Of a stretch of DNA of 64,000 bases, positions 61,650-64,000 are shown one piece after another (the first letter of the stretch is position 1; each line of letters opens with the position of its first letter). A program made the position numbers and the translations under genes. The notes under the pieces are model-generated. The model saw only the letters and a program-made list of their open reading frames with translations, made no database searches and was not told where the DNA came from. Source of the DNA: Candidatus Latescibacterota bacterium (lineage in GTDB: Bacteria; Latescibacterota; UBA2968; GCA-2709665); the NCBI GenBank assembly GCA_965116875.1, contig OZ220733.1, positions 4,864,001 to 4,928,000 on the forward strand, read 5' to 3'.

Positions 61650-62072
61650 TCAGTCTTCGGGATTCTCGAAATTGATTTGCCACCGGATACCGAATTTGTC
61701 GACGCACATCCCGAAATAGTCCCCCCAGAACATGTCCTGCATCGGCATCACCAGATTTCCGCCCTCCGAAAGCCCGGCAAGCAGCCGATCCGCGTCCGCC
61801 TTGTTGTCAGGGCTGACCGTTATGGAAAAATTGCTGCCCGCCTGTGGAGAGGACCCGAACGTCGAGGCATGATCGCTTCCCATGAGTACGCTTTCGCCAA
61901 TCGGCAGCGACACGTGCATGACGCGGTCACGCTCGTCTTCCGGAACCTGGAGATCGGCGGGGCCGTCACCAAAGGTCTGTAAGAAAAGGAAATCTCCGCC
62001 AAACACGGAGCGGTAGAACTCAAACGCCTCCCGACACTCCTTTTCAAAGGTCAAATACGTATTCAGTTGCAA
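61650..62072 (-). CDS. PhnB/YjdN-like VOC protein
   Basis: YLTF..CREAFEFY, RVMH, LMGSD, MPMQDMFWGDYFG..VDKFGIRW; GGAGG plus TTG start. Confidence 0.88.
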   Translation of the reverse strand: MQLNTYLTFEKECREAFEFYRSVFGGDFLFLQTFGDGPADLQVPEDERDRVMHVSLPIGESVLMGSDHASTFGSSPQAGSNFSITVSPDNKADADRLLAGLSEGGNLVMPMQDMFWGDYFGMCVDKFGIRWQINFENPED

Positions 62073-62125
62073 GGTCGCCTCCATTGAAACGTGCGGCAAG
62101 TTGCGCGCCACAGGGTGAATAGATG

Positions 62126-62156
62126 GCTTCCGCGGTCTGAGTTCAGATGCGGAAGC
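62126..62156. terminator. Intergenic hairpin
   Basis: GCTTCCGC..TCTGA.TTCAGA.GCGGAAGC; no U-tract. Confidence 0.3.
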
Positions 62157-62220
62157 GCCGGAATTGAGCCGTTTCCGGATCGCCGGACTCTACGGTGCGG
62201 TCAAAAGCGTTTTCACCGCT

Positions 62221-63477
62221 CTACAGATACAGGCCGATCATACAGCCTGTGAGCATGGTGGCCAGGGTTCCGCCGACAAGGGATCGAAGCCCCAGTCGCG
62301 CCAGGTCGCCGCGACGGTCCGGGGCAATCCCCCCGATACCGCCGATCATGATAGCTACGGATCCGAAATTGGCGAACCCGCACAGGGCGTACGCCGTGAT
62401 GACAAAGGAACGCTGGCTGAGCGGCTCGGGCCCGTTCATCAGCCGGGCGAGGTCCAGGTAGGCCACGAACTCGTTCAGGATCGTCTTGAGTCCCATCAGT
62501 TCTCCGACGACTCGGGCATCGGCCCAGGAAATTCCCATCAGCCAGACGAACGGGCGAAACAACTCGCCGGCGGCCGCCTGAAGGCTCCAGCCGCTCGGGT
62601 CCGCGTTGAACATGACGTCAATCTTCCCAATGAACAGGTTGGCCAGGGCGACAAGGCCGAGGAAGGCGACGAGCATCGCGAGGATGTTGATGACCAGATG
62701 CATGCCCTCGGCGGCGCCGCGAGCCGCGGCGTCGAGGCCGTTCAGCGTGTCTTCCCGGGGAAGCTCCACCTGGCTTCGGGAAGTGACGGGATCGCCGGTC
62801 TCCGGGATCATCAGCTTGGACACGGCAATCGCCGCGGGCGCGCTGATCAACGAAGCCGTGAAAAGATGGCCGGCGATATCCGGATTGACGTCGCCCAGCA
62901 TGGTCGAGTAGATCACCATCACCGTACCGGCGATCGTGGCCATCCCCACGGTCATCAGACAGAACAGCTCGCTCTGGGTCATCCGGCTCACATACGGCCG
63001 GATCAACAGCGGGGATTCCGTCATTCCAAGAATGACGTTGCCGGCGGACCCGACGCTTTCCGCCGAACTGAGCCCGAGCGACTTCTGCATAAACGCACTC
63101 AGCCGACCAATCACCCAGGGCAGGATCCGGTAGTGATAGAGCATTCTGGAAACCGACGCCACAAAGATCAGAATCGCCGCGATTTCAAGGGCGACCACGG
63201 GCCCGTATCTGCTTGTGAATTCGGGATTGGACAATCCGGAGAAGAGAAGCGATTCGTTGGCCTTCAGGGCGGTGGTGCGAAGCAGTTCGGTGAGGGCGCC
63301 CACCACGCTGAAGACGTAATGCCGCAGCCCGGTCCTGACGAGGATGCCGGTCAGCAGCAGCTGCAGGCCGCTGGCAACCGCGACGGTCTTCCATGGGATT
63401 CGCCATGTGCGCCGACCCAGGCACCATGCGACGGCCAGAAGGACGACATATCCGATGGCGCTGTGAAGCACCGTCAA
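62221..63477 (-). CDS. nupC: CNT-family (NupC) nucleoside transporter
   Basis: GMTESPLLIRPY, GMATIAG, SAPAA, KTILNEFVAY, LCGFANFGS. Confidence 0.92.
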   Translation of the reverse strand: MTVLHSAIGYVVLLAVAWCLGRRTWRIPWKTVAVASGLQLLLTGILVRTGLRHYVFSVVGALTELLRTTALKANESLLFSGLSNPEFTSRYGPVVALEIAAILIFVASVSRMLYHYRILPWVIGRLSAFMQKSLGLSSAESVGSAGNVILGMTESPLLIRPYVSRMTQSELFCLMTVGMATIAGTVMVIYSTMLGDVNPDIAGHLFTASLISAPAAIAVSKLMIPETGDPVTSRSQVELPREDTLNGLDAAARGAAEGMHLVINILAMLVAFLGLVALANLFIGKIDVMFNADPSGWSLQAAAGELFRPFVWLMGISWADARVVGELMGLKTILNEFVAYLDLARLMNGPEPLSQRSFVITAYALCGFANFGSVAIMIGGIGGIAPDRRGDLARLGLRSLVGGTLATMLTGCMIGLYL

Positions 63478-63566
63478 TTCCGGACTCCTCTTTGTGGAAC
63501 GCGGGCGCCGGGGCGGGTAACATCAATGAAGACGACGCATTTGCGCCACGTTCGGGACCGTCGCCA

Positions 63567-63595
63567 ATAATAGGCGAAATCGTATGAATCGTCAA
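63567..63595 (-). promoter_or_regulatory. sigma70-type promoter for nupC
   Basis: TTGACG-N17-TATTAT. Confidence 0.65.
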
Positions 63596-63636
63596 GCGAT
63601 TTCCCGCCCAAAGGCCGTTGTCCTTCCTGGTACCCC

Positions 63637-63665
63637 TTGACAAGGATGACTGAAAGCCCTATTGT
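63637..63665 (+). promoter_or_regulatory. sigma70-type promoter for gmd
   Basis: TTGACA-N17-TATTGT. Confidence 0.65.
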
Positions 63666-63815
63666 TGAATCTGCCGTCGTTGTACGGCCCGGTCGCTGCA
63701 ACTGCGTTCACAGGCGTAATTTGCGCCAGTCCCGGATATCCTGGCATGGTCGAAATGAGCAACCTGTATCCAACGTGCCTTGCGCGTTTCGAAACCCGGT
63801 CGCCGCGAGGTTCGC

Positions 63816-64000
63816 ATGCGGCCTGACAACCCCGAAAAGACCGCTCTGATAACGGGAATCACCGGCCAGGACGGCTCCTATCTTGCTGAGTACCTGATCG
63901 AAAAAGGCTACGTGGTGCATGGCATCATCCGGAGGGCGTCCCTGTTCAATACCGAACGGATCGATCACCTGTTCGCCGGCCCCCAGGACCCCGGCCGGCG
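63816..64000 (+). CDS. gmd: GDP-mannose 4,6-dehydratase (5' part; absent from ORF track)
   Basis: Manual translation [52 protein letters not shown]. Confidence 0.93.
   Translation, partial: MRPDNPEKTALITGITGQDGSYLAEYLIEKGYVVHGIIRRASLFNTERIDHLFAGPQDPGR

Noticed and set aside
61650-62072. PhnB-like gene as proof of a phosphonate locus
   Set aside because: The PhnB/YjdN family has no established role in phosphonate catabolism, and this gene is on the opposite strand in another transcription unit.

Overview
GC-rich bacterial chromosomal window with about 48 CDS. I saw no rRNA, tRNA, CRISPR array, phage genes or transposase. The secreted cohesin/FlgD-Ig protein, double-length UvrA, DUF2723 and many Gfo/Idh/MocA, CE7 and FGGY catabolic genes suggest an FCB-group organism such as Latescibacterota (inference). 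Housekeeping content: mreB/mreC, purN, galU, pcm, a ccsA-sirC-hemA-hemC-cobA/hemD tetrapyrrole operon, anmK, ggt, uvrA, nupC and the 5' end of gmd. Features the ORF track misses: (i) three copies of a non-coding palindromic MITE-like element with exchangeable nested hairpin modules, all inside predicted minus-strand transcripts; (ii) a second MITE with a CTAA target duplication next to a purC relic between purN and mreB; (iii) a 58-aa two-TM small protein translationally coupled to a DUF402 gene; (iv) a CE7 esterase paired with an intact paralog lacking the catalytic serine; (v) phnA coupled to a sugar dehydrogenase/TIM-barrel pair instead of phnW/phnY; (vi) a zinc-ribbon ABC exporter pair plus DUF1854; (vii) a structured ggt leader. 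All family calls come from motif recognition by eye; no database searches were run.
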